A stretch of 63,829 nucleotides of DNA, filler included, from Octopus bimaculoides (Eukaryota), in NCBI RefSeq assembly GCF_001194135.2. It is 4 parts of 3 records of this genome, joined end to end, with 100 filler letters (N's around TTAATTAATTAA, not from the genome) between each part and the next. Parts side by side here need not be neighbours in the genome. Positions count along the whole stretch, not along the records: positions 37,924 to 59,880 come from NC_068986.1; 3 more parts are not named here. The stretch is one strand, 5' to 3'. Under the pieces are notes generated by a model. The model did not search any database. It saw only the letters and a program-made list of their open reading frames with translations, and was not told the origin of the DNA. Within the stretch, counting starts at the first letter, position 1. Each line of letters begins with the position of its first letter. Of the stretch, positions 42,621 through 55,094 are shown in pieces. Made by a program: the position numbers and the translations under genes.

Positions 42621-43130
42621 TAACACGTTCTACCGACCTGCAAATGTTCGCAACCAATTTCATCCAAATTCCACCCAACACTCTCCAATAGAAGGATGTA
42701 TTGTACACTATTATAATAGATGTTGCAATGACAGGATGGTCATAACTGGAACGGCTTTAATTGTTCCTCTACTACAAGGTTAAACAACAACATGAACTAA
42801 AGATATTAGGCAGATGTACGGGTGTGTTTTTACGACAAGTGGCTTTATTATTTGCTATAATACCTATATTCCTTACTATGGATCAGTGTCTTATGTTAAT
42901 ACAGTATAAATACATATAATACAATATTACAGTGTAACAAAAATCCTCTTTAGATAGCTATCAGGAGCATGTCTGCATCCTCAACGTGAGCATTATGTCT
43001 GTAAAAAGTAACAGTCAAATCTCATTCAAATCACTGGAGTATACGTTGGATAATGTAGCCATAAAATTCTATTGGAAGGTATTTGAACATAGGTTCGCTC
43101 CAATTGACTGAGAGTGAGATAAACACCAAA

Positions 43131-43193
<63 letters not shown>

Positions 43194-43951
43194 AATGAAA
43201 TGAATAACTTCGTCAACAAAAACATGAACGCCATTCATTTGCATGAAAAACATGAATTGGATAGTCTTTACAATTATTAACTTATTGTTATTTTCCCTAT
43301 ACGTAACTTCAATACGAAATACAATGTACTGGTATTTGTTTGTTACTGCAAGTCAATACGTAACATGGATAGATGCCAACGTTAGCAGGAATATCTCGAT
43401 TGTGCTTTTTAAGGGAAATACGTATAGCGCAAACACACATTTATATAGAAATACATATTCGTATCACCTCAGCACAAGAATTTACAACCGCAGAAATGTG
43501 CAGGTGTGCGTAAATTAATTAATATAGTATGTGAATAATGTTACGTTATTACACTCTACAGAAATAATAAAGAAATGTACGTTGTCGAAAATATATGGGA
43601 ATGCTATCAATAGAGAGAAAACAAAGTAACTTCTACATTCTATAATGAAAACAATAATTTCTGAGTTACAGGCCTTTTTTCTTTTTTAACATTATACACG
43701 AACTTCACGCTATGTGATTAACTTTCTTCTCGTTCCTTTATAGATCATGCATAGAACATGTTTCTAAAGCAGTATAGAGCAGACTGTTCACAGTGACAGA
43801 CTAGTGTAAGCTTGGAATATGTCGCTATTTTGAGAAATTATTATGGCATGTTATCCAATAGGAATTGAGTCTTTACTTATGAAGAAGTAATAACCATTCG
43901 TCAAATCTTCTAGTTAACAAGCCAGGAACCATGGTGTGTGTTTCTGTGTCG

Positions 43952-44078
43952 TGTGTGTGTGTGTGTGTGCATGTATATCTGTTAGTCTGTCTGTGAGTAT
44001 ATATGTGTGTGTGTGTGTGTGTGTGTGCATGTATATCTGTTAGTCTGTCTGTGAGTATATGTGTGTGTGTGTGTGTGT
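43952..44078. repeat. local tandem duplication of about 58 nt within (TG)n
   Basis: gcatgtatatctgttagtctgtctgtgagtata present twice. Confidence 0.85.
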
Positions 44079-44794
44079 TGGGGACGAAATTCTCTGGTCT
44101 CTTTTTAATAGGATTCATATACAAATAGTTTCAATGGTATTATTAGTGCTCTTTAGAAAAATATGAACATCACAACCTTTCATTACTAAGCTTCTAAGAC
44201 CTCTGACATAAGCAAACTAAGAAAGTACACAGACATACATACACATCTATTGGCTTAAAAAGCCGGAAGAATAGAAATAGAAGAATTTAGAAAGCGTGCG
44301 AGACAGAAGGGTATTTCGTTTGGATCAATGCAATTAATTTTATGCGTGTCAGTTCACATACCTGACGTGAATAAGTACATTAGGGAATACCATTTATGAT
44401 ATACTATCTTCAGTTGCTTGGCTGTTGCAATATACATGGGTCAGTTTTAGATATGAAATCCTGCTACCAACGTTACCAGTTTGATATATAGCAAAATATG
44501 CTGAATTATTCTAACAGTTTTACTCCCCATGTGAGTGTTATAAGTTGAACATCTGTCTGTTTTTGCAACCCCAGCAATAATGGCATCTCTGTTTAAATGA
44601 TGAACATCTGAACAGCTCACTCTTGCAATACTTCATAACTGTATTCACATTGTGTATGTTTGTATTTATAATACGCGCTCAACATTTTGTGACAGCAACT
44701 GTAAATAAACAACTTAACCCTCGCAGATTTTGCAAAACTTCACCTATGTTTTATTAATTGTGACACATTTGGCAAAAGGCTCCTTCTAAAGCTT

Positions 44795-45008
44795 GAATTC
44801 AACTAATCTCTTGTCAGTCGACTTCTTGTTAGATGAGAAATGTATGAGAACTTGTCACAGTGACTAGAGCAATAGACCTATTTCATCACCGGGTTCAAAG
44901 TCTGAATTCAACCAATCTCTTGTCTGTAAACATTTTGGTTGACAACAAATGTTGAAAGCCTGTCACAGTGACTAGAGCGGAAGGCCTGTTTTATCAAAAG
45001 GTTCAACG
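44795..45008. repeat. diverged tandem duplication, period 108-109 nt
   Basis: gaattcaacyaatctcttgtc at 44795 and 44904; tgtcacagtgactagagc at 44853 and 44961. Confidence 0.85.
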
Positions 45009-45608
45009 CATGGGAGATTTTAGTGACGTTCATTACGGTATAAGTATTCGAGTTAGGTCTCCTGTCTGAAAACAGAAACTATCTTTTCTGTTTTTATTCC
45101 AACAGTCATGGATGCTTCGAGATAATATCTTGGAAACTGTATTATCCCTACTGACCGAATGATTTTTCTCACTTTGTTGTAAAATATTACATTGTTATGA
45201 GAAGGGCTGGCGATATGAATTCTTAAACAGCTTTAAACAACCATTTTAGCAATGGTCAATGAAAAACTTCACTGATATCTGATAAAATGGTACGAAATAT
45301 TGTAACTAGGCAGAGTAATATTTTTCTGGCTGCACGCAGAAAACCATATTTTCAGAGTGAGGCTGGAAATGTGTGTTTAATAAAAAACACATTCATGCAA
45401 GCATACCTTATCCTAAAGTGGTGTAGTGCATCTATTAATTTCTCTATCTCTCTTTCTCTCTCCGTCTTCGCACAAACTTGCATAAAGTTAAACATATACA
45501 AGCACGCAAACGCACACACATAGATTGTATATACCGTATATATATATATATATATATATATGCGTGTGTTTGTGTGTGTGTGTGTGTGTTTGTGTGCGTG
45601 TAGATATA

Positions 45609-45639
<31 letters not shown>

Positions 45640-46197
45640 GGATGGATGGATGTGCATATTCTCTTGTGTGTCTGTGTTTGTGCTTTCATGGTTTGTTTGA
45701 ATATGCGCGAATTTCTCTACTCGAAACTGAAAAAGCTAATATTATATATGAGAAGATATATATTATATTCTATGGAAGAAAATATACCAGAGGAGTACGT
45801 AGACATCGATGTTAATATAAATATATCTGTTTATATTGTAATTTTTCTATAAATATGTTTATCTATTGTTTGCCAAAGAGCTTTGCCGAAAAGAGTAAAT
45901 GATACAATTATTTGAAAATATCTTAAAGAAGTAACTGCTTGTGATAAATGTAAATATTTTTTGTCATTTGTCTCTCTTTCTCTCTCTCTCTTTTCTTTAG
46001 TTTCTCTAAACAATCCATTGAATTGTGAATGTTGGAAATGAAACTAGTTCTATATTTAATACTTCATTATTGATGTGGGAAGCAGCATCAAATATCTAAT
46101 ACTTTTCTTTGCTTTATTTGTAGATCAGAAACTTACAACTACATTATATATATATATTTACATTTGACGGGTATTTGTCCTCATCTGGTTTATTGAT

Positions 46198-46243
46198 AAC
46201 ACAACGTTTCGGCTTTTATACCCTTCAGTCTTCATCTGGTGTC
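46198..46243 (-). ncRNA. minimal type I hammerhead ribozyme, degenerate (core U4A)
   Basis: gacac-CAGAUGA-a-gacu..agcc-GAAA-C-GUU-guguu: 5-bp stem I, stem II with one mismatch, palindromic ACGU stem III. Confidence 0.65.
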
Positions 46244-46355
46244 TTGGGGAAATTTCGAACTTGGGTTCTCATTCCTAAGGTATTTTTCGATGCTGTTGTT
46301 GTTGTTGTTGTTGTTGTTATTACTATTATTATTATTATTATTATTATTATTCAAG

Positions 46356-46436
46356 TCACTGATGCGATTCGAACTCGGAATCTTAGGGTTAGTAGCCCGC
46401 ACTCTTTTATTAACCTAACCACTACGCCATATACCC
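46356..46436 (-). promoter_or_regulatory. tRNA-like Pol III internal promoter (SINE-type head)
   Basis: A box TGGCGTAGTGG (46419-46429), B box GAGTTCGAATC (46366-46376), GGG-CTACTAA-CCC anticodon-like arm. Confidence 0.7.
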
Positions 46437-48003
46437 ATGGGCAATTATGGAGGAAAGTTTAGGTCTTATAAATATAATATTTTTCTATCCTTCCTTATCT
46501 ATTCATATCTGCACTCGGTCTGCTTAGGAAGTTGTGTTCTAGCATATGTGCTGCTTCTTTTAGTTTTCGTATTTTCCAGTGGTGTTCTTTGTCTATTATT
46601 TTAACTTCATCCCACAGAGAGAGGTGGTCTCCATTTTTCCATACATGATTAGCTATACCCGATTTATCAATATCTCCTCGTGCCACAGCTTTGCGATATT
46701 CCTCTACCCTTATTTTGAGGAGGCGAAATGTTTCGCCTTTGTATAACCTACCACAGCTGCATGGGATGGAGTACACGCATTTGTTTGGTCATATTCCCTT
46801 CTATTGGTAGTTTACTCGAAGGAGATATTTGCAAAGTGTTGTATTACTCTTGAATACTGTCCTGATGTCATATGGGCTGCATATCTTTTGTATCTTTTTG
46901 GAGAGACCTTTCACATAGGGTAGACAGACTGTAAATAGTTTATTGGTTTCATCCTCTCTTTTCTTCATAATTGGAGTGGAGTGTATGTTTTTTGAGTAGT
47001 TGTTGTTTAATAGATTGTTACTGAGCTTGATCACTTCTTCGTGGTGGGTGATATATTACTTTACAAAACTGCATCTTGATGAGGAGGCCTCCTGTTGAAT
47101 ATCATAATCTACCTTAGCGCTCATCCTGTAGTTGATGATGCTCTGCATACCTTATGCACCTCTCACATATCTGACACTCTTAGGTTACTTTGCTACACAT
47201 ATATGCAAGCATAGCCTCCTACCTATGATCATCTCGCCCTTTCAGACTTAACTGCGCTGCATAATTGAATAAACCAAATAAAGCAAACATTTCCCTAAAG
47301 AAGAATTCTGTCCGAAACTTTGAGTTTTCCACTCTCCACAGCACTTTCAAATTACTCTATTGATCGATATTACTAAGTAATACAAACCTTTCCAACACAC
47401 TTTGGAGTCTGTTTGATCATATATACCTACATTATTCATATGTCTTTCTTTTTAAATCAATAGAGTATGATGTGAGAGATGTTTAGCTGTTGAATCCAGC
47501 GGATCTCGTGTTATATCGATTCTCCTTCACTAGATTCCTGTTACTTTGTTGTGGATAGCTTTATAAAGTTTATAATTAAAGGTATAAATGAAAGGACTGG
47601 ATTTTTAGTTGACATGATTTCTTTTTATGGTGAATATATTGAACTGAACTCGTTTGCTCACACTCATTCATACAGAAATACAATTGTCTCAACATTGCCA
47701 GTGTATACTTACAACTTTACGCGATACAGATATAGGTGTGGTATTAATCCATAGCCAAGTGATCTATAGCAGTGGAATTTTACATTCTTTATCTAGGAAT
47801 ACAGCACTGACATCTGATACGAAAATATCAACCTACACTATAACCAAATGACAAATCCAACTGCTATTTCGTCAAGTTAAGACTTGCTGCGCGGTAGTAT
47901 GGCCTGTACTCAGGATATTATCCAAGCCTCCTTCAAATCACCACCTACTGCATAAGAAACTAGAAAGAATGGCTACGTCTTAAAAATGGGGTTTCTTAAA
48001 ATA

Positions 48004-48159
48004 ATGTGGCTGTGTGGTGAGGAGCTTGCTTCTCAACCTGATGGTGTTGGGTTCAGTTCCACTTCGTGGTACCTTGGGCAAGTATCTTCTCCAGTAGCCT
48101 CGGGCTGATGAACGCCTTGTGAGTGGATTTGGAAACTGATAGAAACCCGTCGTATATAT

Positions 48160-48160
<1 letters not shown>
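48004..48160 (+). mobile_element. SINE family A, 5' half (runs into gap)
   Basis: tggctgtgtgg, gggttcagttcc, accttgggcaag, gtgagtggatttgg. Confidence 0.85.
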
Positions 48161-48200
<40 letters not shown>

Positions 48201-48397
48201 NNNNNNNNNNNNNNNNNNNNNNNNNNNNNNNNNNNNNNNNNNNNNNNNNNNNNNNNNNNNNNNNNNNNNNNNNNNNNNNNNNNNNNNNNNNNNNNNNNNN
48301 NNNNNNNNNNNNNNNNNNNNNNNNNNNNNNNNNNNNNNNNNNNNNNNNNNNNNNNNNNNNNNNNNNNNNNNNNNNNNNNNNNNNNNNNNNNNNNNNN

Positions 48398-48432
<35 letters not shown>

Positions 48433-49029
48433 TTAAGTTACAGGTTATAGCAACCATCTAAGGGATACTTGTATGCAATGAATCCACAGGTGTATTACCT
48501 ATACTTAATCATGAGCATTGGTGTTAATGCTCATAAATGATAGGTAATAACAAAAAGTAAGCAAGAATTTATATCAATATTCAAGAAAAACAGCAAATGG
48601 AGATACAGTTGATGAATAACAATTGATTTACCTCAATTATCATTTATTAATTACAAAAAGACAGAATCTCAACTTACAGCTGTTTCAGTTCGCATGATTA
48701 TCAGTTTTAACCGCCACAATAATAGTAATGATAGTTATTATTGTATGTAATTAGTTGTACCAAATTGAATAAGGTTCATCAGAGCGGAAAATGAAATAAA
48801 ATATAACTAAAAATGGAAAAGAGGAAAAAAGAAAAGGAGAAAAAGGAGAAAGTGAGAACAGTAATAATCGATTGGTGTTACATGTTGCCCAACTGTGAAA
48901 CATTCGACCGACACAGTTTTCACACAGTGGATCAACATGTACCACCAATTGATTATTACCGTTCTCACTTTCTACTCCTTTTTCTTCTTTTTCATTTTTA
49001 CTTACGCTTTATTTAATTTTCCGCTTCGA

Positions 49030-49898
49030 TAAAGTTTCGTGATTCAATCTGGTATAATTAATTACCTATAAAGATAGCATGAAGAATGAAGCTGCTTGAC
49101 ACAGATTGACTTTGAACTCTGTTGTGCATGCGTACTAAGTTTTAACGTTCTAGCACACTTCCGCTATTTACAACAGTGCTCGGAAGGAAGGTGTGAAGCG
49201 TGTGATCGTCGCATTGACCATTAAAGAAAGTTGAGCAGAGAATCTGCATCAAATTCTACCAAAAGCTTCATGATACCTGCTCAGAGGCCTACGCAAAGTT
49301 TTCACGTCTTCAATATTCTCGACACTATCAAGGAGACCTTGAGCAACTGAAACCTGAGTGTCCTTTTGGTCAGCTGAAAGCAGTTTTGGCACAAACTTGG
49401 CAGACACGCGTCTCATACCCAGATCTTCAGTGATAATGGACTGAACTGAACTGTAACTAATCTGCAAGCCCTCTGATGACTTACGCATGGTGATATGATG
49501 ATTTCCCCTCAGCTGCACGCATGTCTGCGATGTTTTTTCAGTTCTGCTGGTTGCGTGTCTCCGAGAACTTTCGTCAATATCGACATTTTTTCATCCATTT
49601 TGGAAGCGTCTAAACCACTCGTACATTTGTGTACGACTCATACACTCCTCACCATACACTTTCTGCAAGCTTGCGGTGGCCTCTGCGTAACTATCTCTGT
49701 CATGTTCAATGCGACGGTCACACGCTACACACCTTCCTTCGAAGCACTATTTAAACAACGGAAATGAGGTAGAATGTTAAAACTTAGTGCACATACATAG
49801 CAGAGATCAAGATGAATCTGTGCCGAACGGCTTTACTCCGCATGCTTTAGCTTCGTTATTATGGCAACAGTCCGGATACTTATTAATCAGACCACGTA
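49030..49898. mobile_element. mariner-derived foldback: two transposase 5' ends in inverted orientation
   Basis: Plus: KVEQRICIKFYQKL; minus: LGMRRVSAKFVPKLL; TIR-like tacgtggtctgattaataagtatccggactg ends in TA at 49897-49898; arms about 49060-49310 and 49650-49860 are inverted homologues. Confidence 0.85.
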
Positions 49899-49946
49899 TT
49901 TACGGAAGTAGTAGTTGTAATATTGGTAGAGGTAATAGTACAAGCA

Positions 49947-50125
49947 GTCTTCTTCTTTTTCTTCTTCTTTTTCTTCTTCTTCTTCTTCTTCTTCTTCTTC
50001 TTCTTCTTCTTCTTCTTCTTCTTCTCCTCCTTCTTCTTCTCCTTCTTCTTCTCCACCTCCTCCTCCTTCATCTTCTTCTTCTTCTTCTCCTCCTCCTCCT
50101 CCTTCTCCTTCTTCTTCTTCTTCTT
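49947..50125. repeat. (CTT)n/(CCT)n polypyrimidine triplet tract
   Basis: Direct repeats, cut off by gap. Confidence 0.95.
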
Positions 50126-50436
50126 NNNNNNNNNNNNNNNNNNNNNNNNNNNNNNNNNNNNNNNNNNNNNNNNNNNNNNNNNNNNNNNNNNNNNNNNNNN
50201 NNNNNNNNNNNNNNNNNNNNNNNNNNNNNNNNNNNNNNNNNNNNNNNNNNNNNNNNNNNNNNNNNNNNNNNNNNNNNNNNNNNNNNNNNNNNNNNNNNNN
50301 NNNNNNNNNNNNNNNNNNNNNNNNNNNNNNNNNNNNNNNNNNNNNNNNNNNNNNNNNNNNNNNNNNNNNNNNNNNNNNNNNNNNNNNNNNNNNNNNNNNN
50401 NNNNNNNNNNNNNNNNNNNNNNNNNNNNNTATCACT

Positions 50437-50506
50437 ATTATTATTATTATTGTTGTTATTGTTGTTGTTGTTGTTGTTGTTGTTGTTATTATTATCATTA
50501 TTATTA

Positions 50507-50565
<59 letters not shown>
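50437..50565. repeat. (TTA)n/(TTG)n microsatellite
   Basis: Direct repeats. Confidence 0.95.
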
Positions 50566-50567
<2 letters not shown>

Positions 50568-50765
50568 GGCAGCGAGCTGGCAGAAATGTTAGCACGCCCG
50601 GTGAAATGCTTAGGGGTATTTTGTCTGAGGTCGACTTTGCTTTCATCCTTTCCGGGTCGATTAAATGAGTACCAGTAATGCACTGGGGTCGGTGTAATTG
50701 ACTTAATCTTTTTGTCCTTTTTTGTTCCCTCTATGTTTAGCCCTATGTGAGCAATAAAGAAATTA
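50566..50765 (+). mobile_element. SINE family B with internal deletion
   Basis: ggcagcgagctggcagaaatgttagcacgcc...gaggtcgactttgc...gcaataaagaaat; the B-box segment is missing. Confidence 0.88.
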
Positions 50766-51019
50766 TTATTGTTATTATTATTATTATTATTATTAAAAGG
50801 GCAGTGCGTTGCATTAAAGGCTTAGTGGCATTTCGTATTCCTTTACTTCATGAGTTCAAATTCTTTGGAGCTTGTCTTTGCCTTTCATTATTTCGGGGTC
50901 AGCTAAATATTTCCAGTCAAACAGTGGGGTTGAGGTACTTACTAGCCACTTCTCTCAAAGTTTCAGGCATTGTGCCTTCTTGTTGTTATTACTTGTAGTA
51001 GTAACAGTGCTGAACTCGC

Positions 51020-51020
<1 letters not shown>

Positions 51021-51082
<62 letters not shown>
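51021..51082. repeat. (TAG)n microsatellite
   Basis: Direct repeat. Confidence 0.95.
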
Positions 51083-51083
<1 letters not shown>

Positions 51084-52054
51084 ATTTGGATCAGTAATGA
51101 CGTTCCAGTCGTAGCCATCCTGGCTGCTTTCCAGAACAGAGTTACGTTCTCATAGTTCAGTAATTCATTCCTTAAGAAGCTAGCTTGTGATGCGAGAAAA
51201 GAAACCACGCGGTTTCAATTGACAAAGCCTATAAATGCGCACACCAGTTTTGTTTGACTATTTGACACTTATCTTATTTCCCCTAAGCAATACCAACCTG
51301 TAGCCTTCTTAAATGGCATACCTGCTTTTTAAATGCATGGTTTTTAGTTATCAACTGATTCTTTTGTTGTAACACCTCCATAGCATGCTTATCGCTATAG
51401 AGATATAAGAACATATTAATGAAATATAGGCAAACAACAATCGGTATATATGTTTCTAGGCTTTCAAATTATGACTATTCTCAAATATAGCAACGTTTAT
51501 TATAAGTTAATTCTCAAGATATTATTTAGCGCTATCAGGTGCGCACGCTGAAAATTGTGTGTAGAGCATCCATGCATATAATGTATATGATGGTTGTGTG
51601 TGCTTATAAATATATATTTATTTAAGATATTCGCTTTGCAGTTCGCTGCGCACGAGTTTAGACTCACACAGCATCACTCTTGTGTAAAAGAGTAACTTCT
51701 GAGTAGTATTTAGGAGAAAGAAAACGTGCAGAAACTTGCCAGGTGTACAATTGTGCATATCATTGAAAAGTTACAGAATTGGTGCATCAAACAAAAATCG
51801 TATTACGGTCTTGTATTGTTGAATTCTCTACCATTTATTACTTTTACACACGATTGTTTTTCCAGATTTAGTACATCGTTAAGATAATTACTACTTAAAG
51901 GATTAAGGTGGGTATAATTTACATTTAAATGCAGCGCTCCGACATGAGCGTAGAATAAGGACTGAACCCATCAGTAAAGACAATAAATATGTGTGTTCCG
52001 TTGTAGATTAGTAGATTAATAAGAACGGTTAAGCGGGTTGCTCAGTATTTAACA

Positions 52055-52240
52055 CAAGGCCAGCGGTTTTAAGGAGACGGCTTTAGTCGATTACATCGAC
52101 TCAAGTACTTCTCTGGTACCTTATTTTAACAAGCCCAAAAGGATGGATTGAAAATTTCATCTCGACAAGATTTCAATACAAATCTTAAAGAAACGGTAGA
52201 AATGCCGTAGGCATTTTGTCCGACACTCCAACAGTTCTGC
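52055..52240 (-). mobile_element. SINE family B, decayed
   Basis: cacaaggccagc...agtcgattacatcgact...ctggtacc...aaaggatg. Confidence 0.7.
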
Positions 52241-52299
52241 TTGCTCATCGCTCTCATTTCGCAATCAGAAGACATCGAGTATAATTGCTCTGCGTGAAA

Positions 52300-52405
52300 T
52301 TTTACTGGCGGGCAGGAACAAGATGGCGCCCGGCCGGTCAAGGAATCACAGTACTCATTTTACGATTATGGCTCTGATAACATGACCACAAGGCCACGCA
52401 CTTTC
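52300..52405 (-). mobile_element. SINE family C head, decayed
   Basis: cgcccggccggtcaaggaatc...ttacgatt...aaggccacgcac, similar to 6065-6135. Confidence 0.5.
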
Positions 52406-53352
52406 ACACACACACACACACACACACACCCACACACATACACAAACACACACACACACATACGCACACACACACACACACGCACACACACACACACACT
52501 CTCTCTCTCTCTCTCTCCCTCATTTCCCCTCTCTCTCTCTCTCTCCCTCATTTCCCCTCTCTCGCTCTCCCTCACTTCCCCTCTCTCTCTCCCGAATATA
52601 CTTACATGTGCCTTTGTGTGCGTGTGCACTTTTCAGTTTGAGTCTAACTATTGATACACTGTAAACTTGTTTAAATCTGGCATCAGCAAACGTTCATATA
52701 AAGATGCGTATATCTATAACATATGTATATTATTGCGTATATTGTTGACAGGAAAGTTAGTGTGGTATTTGTTCAGCGGTATTATGTATCTTTAAATGAC
52801 CATGCTGTGTTTAAAAGCATAATATATATCGCAGGGAGACGAAATCGCCCCAATAGCGCGCAGCAAGACCAGACACATTTCGGCCAAAATAGGCTTTATC
52901 AATGGCGTGACCTCACGGCCAATCTCATGTCTATACGAGGTCAGTTGCTTCCGATATACAGTAAAGAGTGGATAGAATATTCAGTGGTATTGTGAATAGT
53001 TGCCTACTGAATAAAAAAGTTTTTATACACAACAGAAACATTTGTAAATTAACACAGCCATCTATACGTCATAATTAATGTATATACATCTTTATCACTC
53101 AATTTACGTGGTATTTTTCCAGTGAGTACATCTCATATGGATATACGTAATTTAGACAAACAGTACATCTGCTGGGACGATTTTTAGCTCCTTCCATTTT
53201 ACATCGTATTTTTAAACGCAACACGTCCACAAGAGATGTTATTTCTAGGCGAATAGTAACTTGCTTGTCAACGATGTATACATATAAATGATACATAAAT
53301 GATACACAAATGACTATTTCAATTTAGTATTGCTTCAATTTCAAGTACAGGA

Positions 53353-53356
53353 TATC

Positions 53357-53443
<87 letters not shown>
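53353..53443. repeat. (CA)n microsatellite
   Basis: Direct repeat. Confidence 0.95.
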
Positions 53444-53448
<5 letters not shown>

Positions 53449-55094
53449 GACACACACATACACACTCACACATACACACACAAGAATACACGTAGGATTA
53501 CACATAAATGTTATAAAGACGTACAACTTTGATCGTTGCAATATAGAAAACATGCGCACGTGTTAGTGAACATAAATTGCACGCGCTTTACGGATTTCGG
53601 TATGAAAGACGTTGAAGAAAATGTGATATGGAAGCAAAATGAAAGCAGGTGAAAGATGGATAGAAAAATAGATTTAATATTTTTTTTACATTAATTAATA
53701 TTAATTACGGAATATTTGTTCATTCACCTTAAATAAAACCACTTACGACCAACTCTGCATGCTAGCTTAGTGAACTAAGTTGAAGACAGGCAGAATATAA
53801 AGCAGTTATACAAAGCAAAACCCAAATACAGGAATCAGAAACAATAGCTATTCTAATAACATAACAATAACAAGATTGACTGACGATGGCGTCAGTTCAT
53901 TAGCAAGGAAGACACCGTTGCTAGGTGACCATGTCGGACAGTTTTTGATTATTGCCAAAGCTGGAAATAGCTGAAATGGGTTACGTCAACTGCATGGCAG
54001 ACGGACACATGCAAAGCCAGGAAGACAGACGAATTAACACACAGCACGATAGATAGACAGACGAATGGACAAACAGCACGGCAGATGGTAGATATACAGA
54101 CAGGTTAGAAAGAGAAACATGTGCACAGATAGAGATATAAGCATGGAGCAAGTCAGATAGGTAGGCTTCCACGGAAACTGACAAACAGATAGGTAGATAG
54201 ACAGACTGAGAGAGTAACAGGTATGTCGATAACCAGCCAGGCAGCCAACCAGCCAGATACACGCGCAGAAAGACAATATAACAATCAAAGTAGGTAGGGC
54301 AGGCAGCCAGGCTACACTGCTGCTTTAATGAAACTTCTCCAGACATTGAAACGTAGGTGGTGCAGAGGCATGTCACTCCGATCCCCCCACTCACCCAGTC
54401 ATTCACTTTTTCACTCGCTCAGTCACTCACTCACTCGCTCACTCACTCACTCACTCACTCAGTCATGCACTCATTCGTTCATTCACTCACTGACACACTC
54501 ACGAATACCTTATGCACATTAAACACTGTGATGGCTACCATACTGGCGTCATCATCATAAACAAAGTCAGATGGCTTGCAGCTGATAAAGAAATACATTG
54601 AGGTATTAATCAATTTGAGAATATTCTCAGAATGGAATTCTGGAAATTGAAAAGAAATGAATTGTATTATAAACACGTCACAATAACAAATTCACTCGGA
54701 ATATTTCCTCACAACGGAATAAACATCCGCACGCATTCACACATAACTATATTGGAATTCAGTTGACTACTCACATCGTTAATATTCAGACTTTAATGCA
54801 TATTAGGCAGACAGTAAACATTTGGGTTCCGCAGTGATCCTACCAGGAAGGATATACTGTTTTCAAGACACTAGAGGTGCTAATATCACACTTTTCAAGA
54901 ACGAAACTACAGTGAAATCATCTTCCTCTACAGGGCAGAGAATAATTTAGCTGCAGACGTGGCTTAATTTTTAAAATTTTAATGTATAAATCAAAGAAAG
55001 AAAGGCTTGGTTCATCACTCTTTCTGGGGTCTCTAAGAGTAATGGGGAGAAGAGGAACATCTGCAGACCGGAGACCTAACTGAAATGCCTGCAA

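Larger units (their letters stand above)
46150..47035 (-). mobile_element. Penelope-like element: RT thumb/GIY-YIG region plus 3' terminal region
   Basis: LPYVKGLSKKIQKIC; YSIPCSCGRLYKGET.R.LK.RVEEY; SGIANHVW; R.LKEA; non-coding 3' region carries a hammerhead motif. Confidence 0.9.

Noticed and set aside
46356-46436. Functional tRNA gene
   Set aside because: 10-nt insertion after the D arm, no proper acceptor stem, embedded in a repeat; it is a SINE-type head.
47290-47335. Hammerhead-like cctaaagaag..tccgaaacttt
   Set aside because: At least four changes from a functional core and stems; possibly a decayed pLTR but unsupported.
49787-50668. Long ORFs (293, 214, 203 aa) and other HT/YI/CV-repeat ORFs
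   Set aside because: Translations of microsatellites and N runs.
52319-52330. YY1-like CAAGATGGCGCC
   Set aside because: Lies within a decayed family C SINE head; likely coincidental.
54527-54775. Solo LTR candidate TGTGA...TCACA with AATAAA
   Set aside because: No TSD or second copy; only a 5-bp terminal match.
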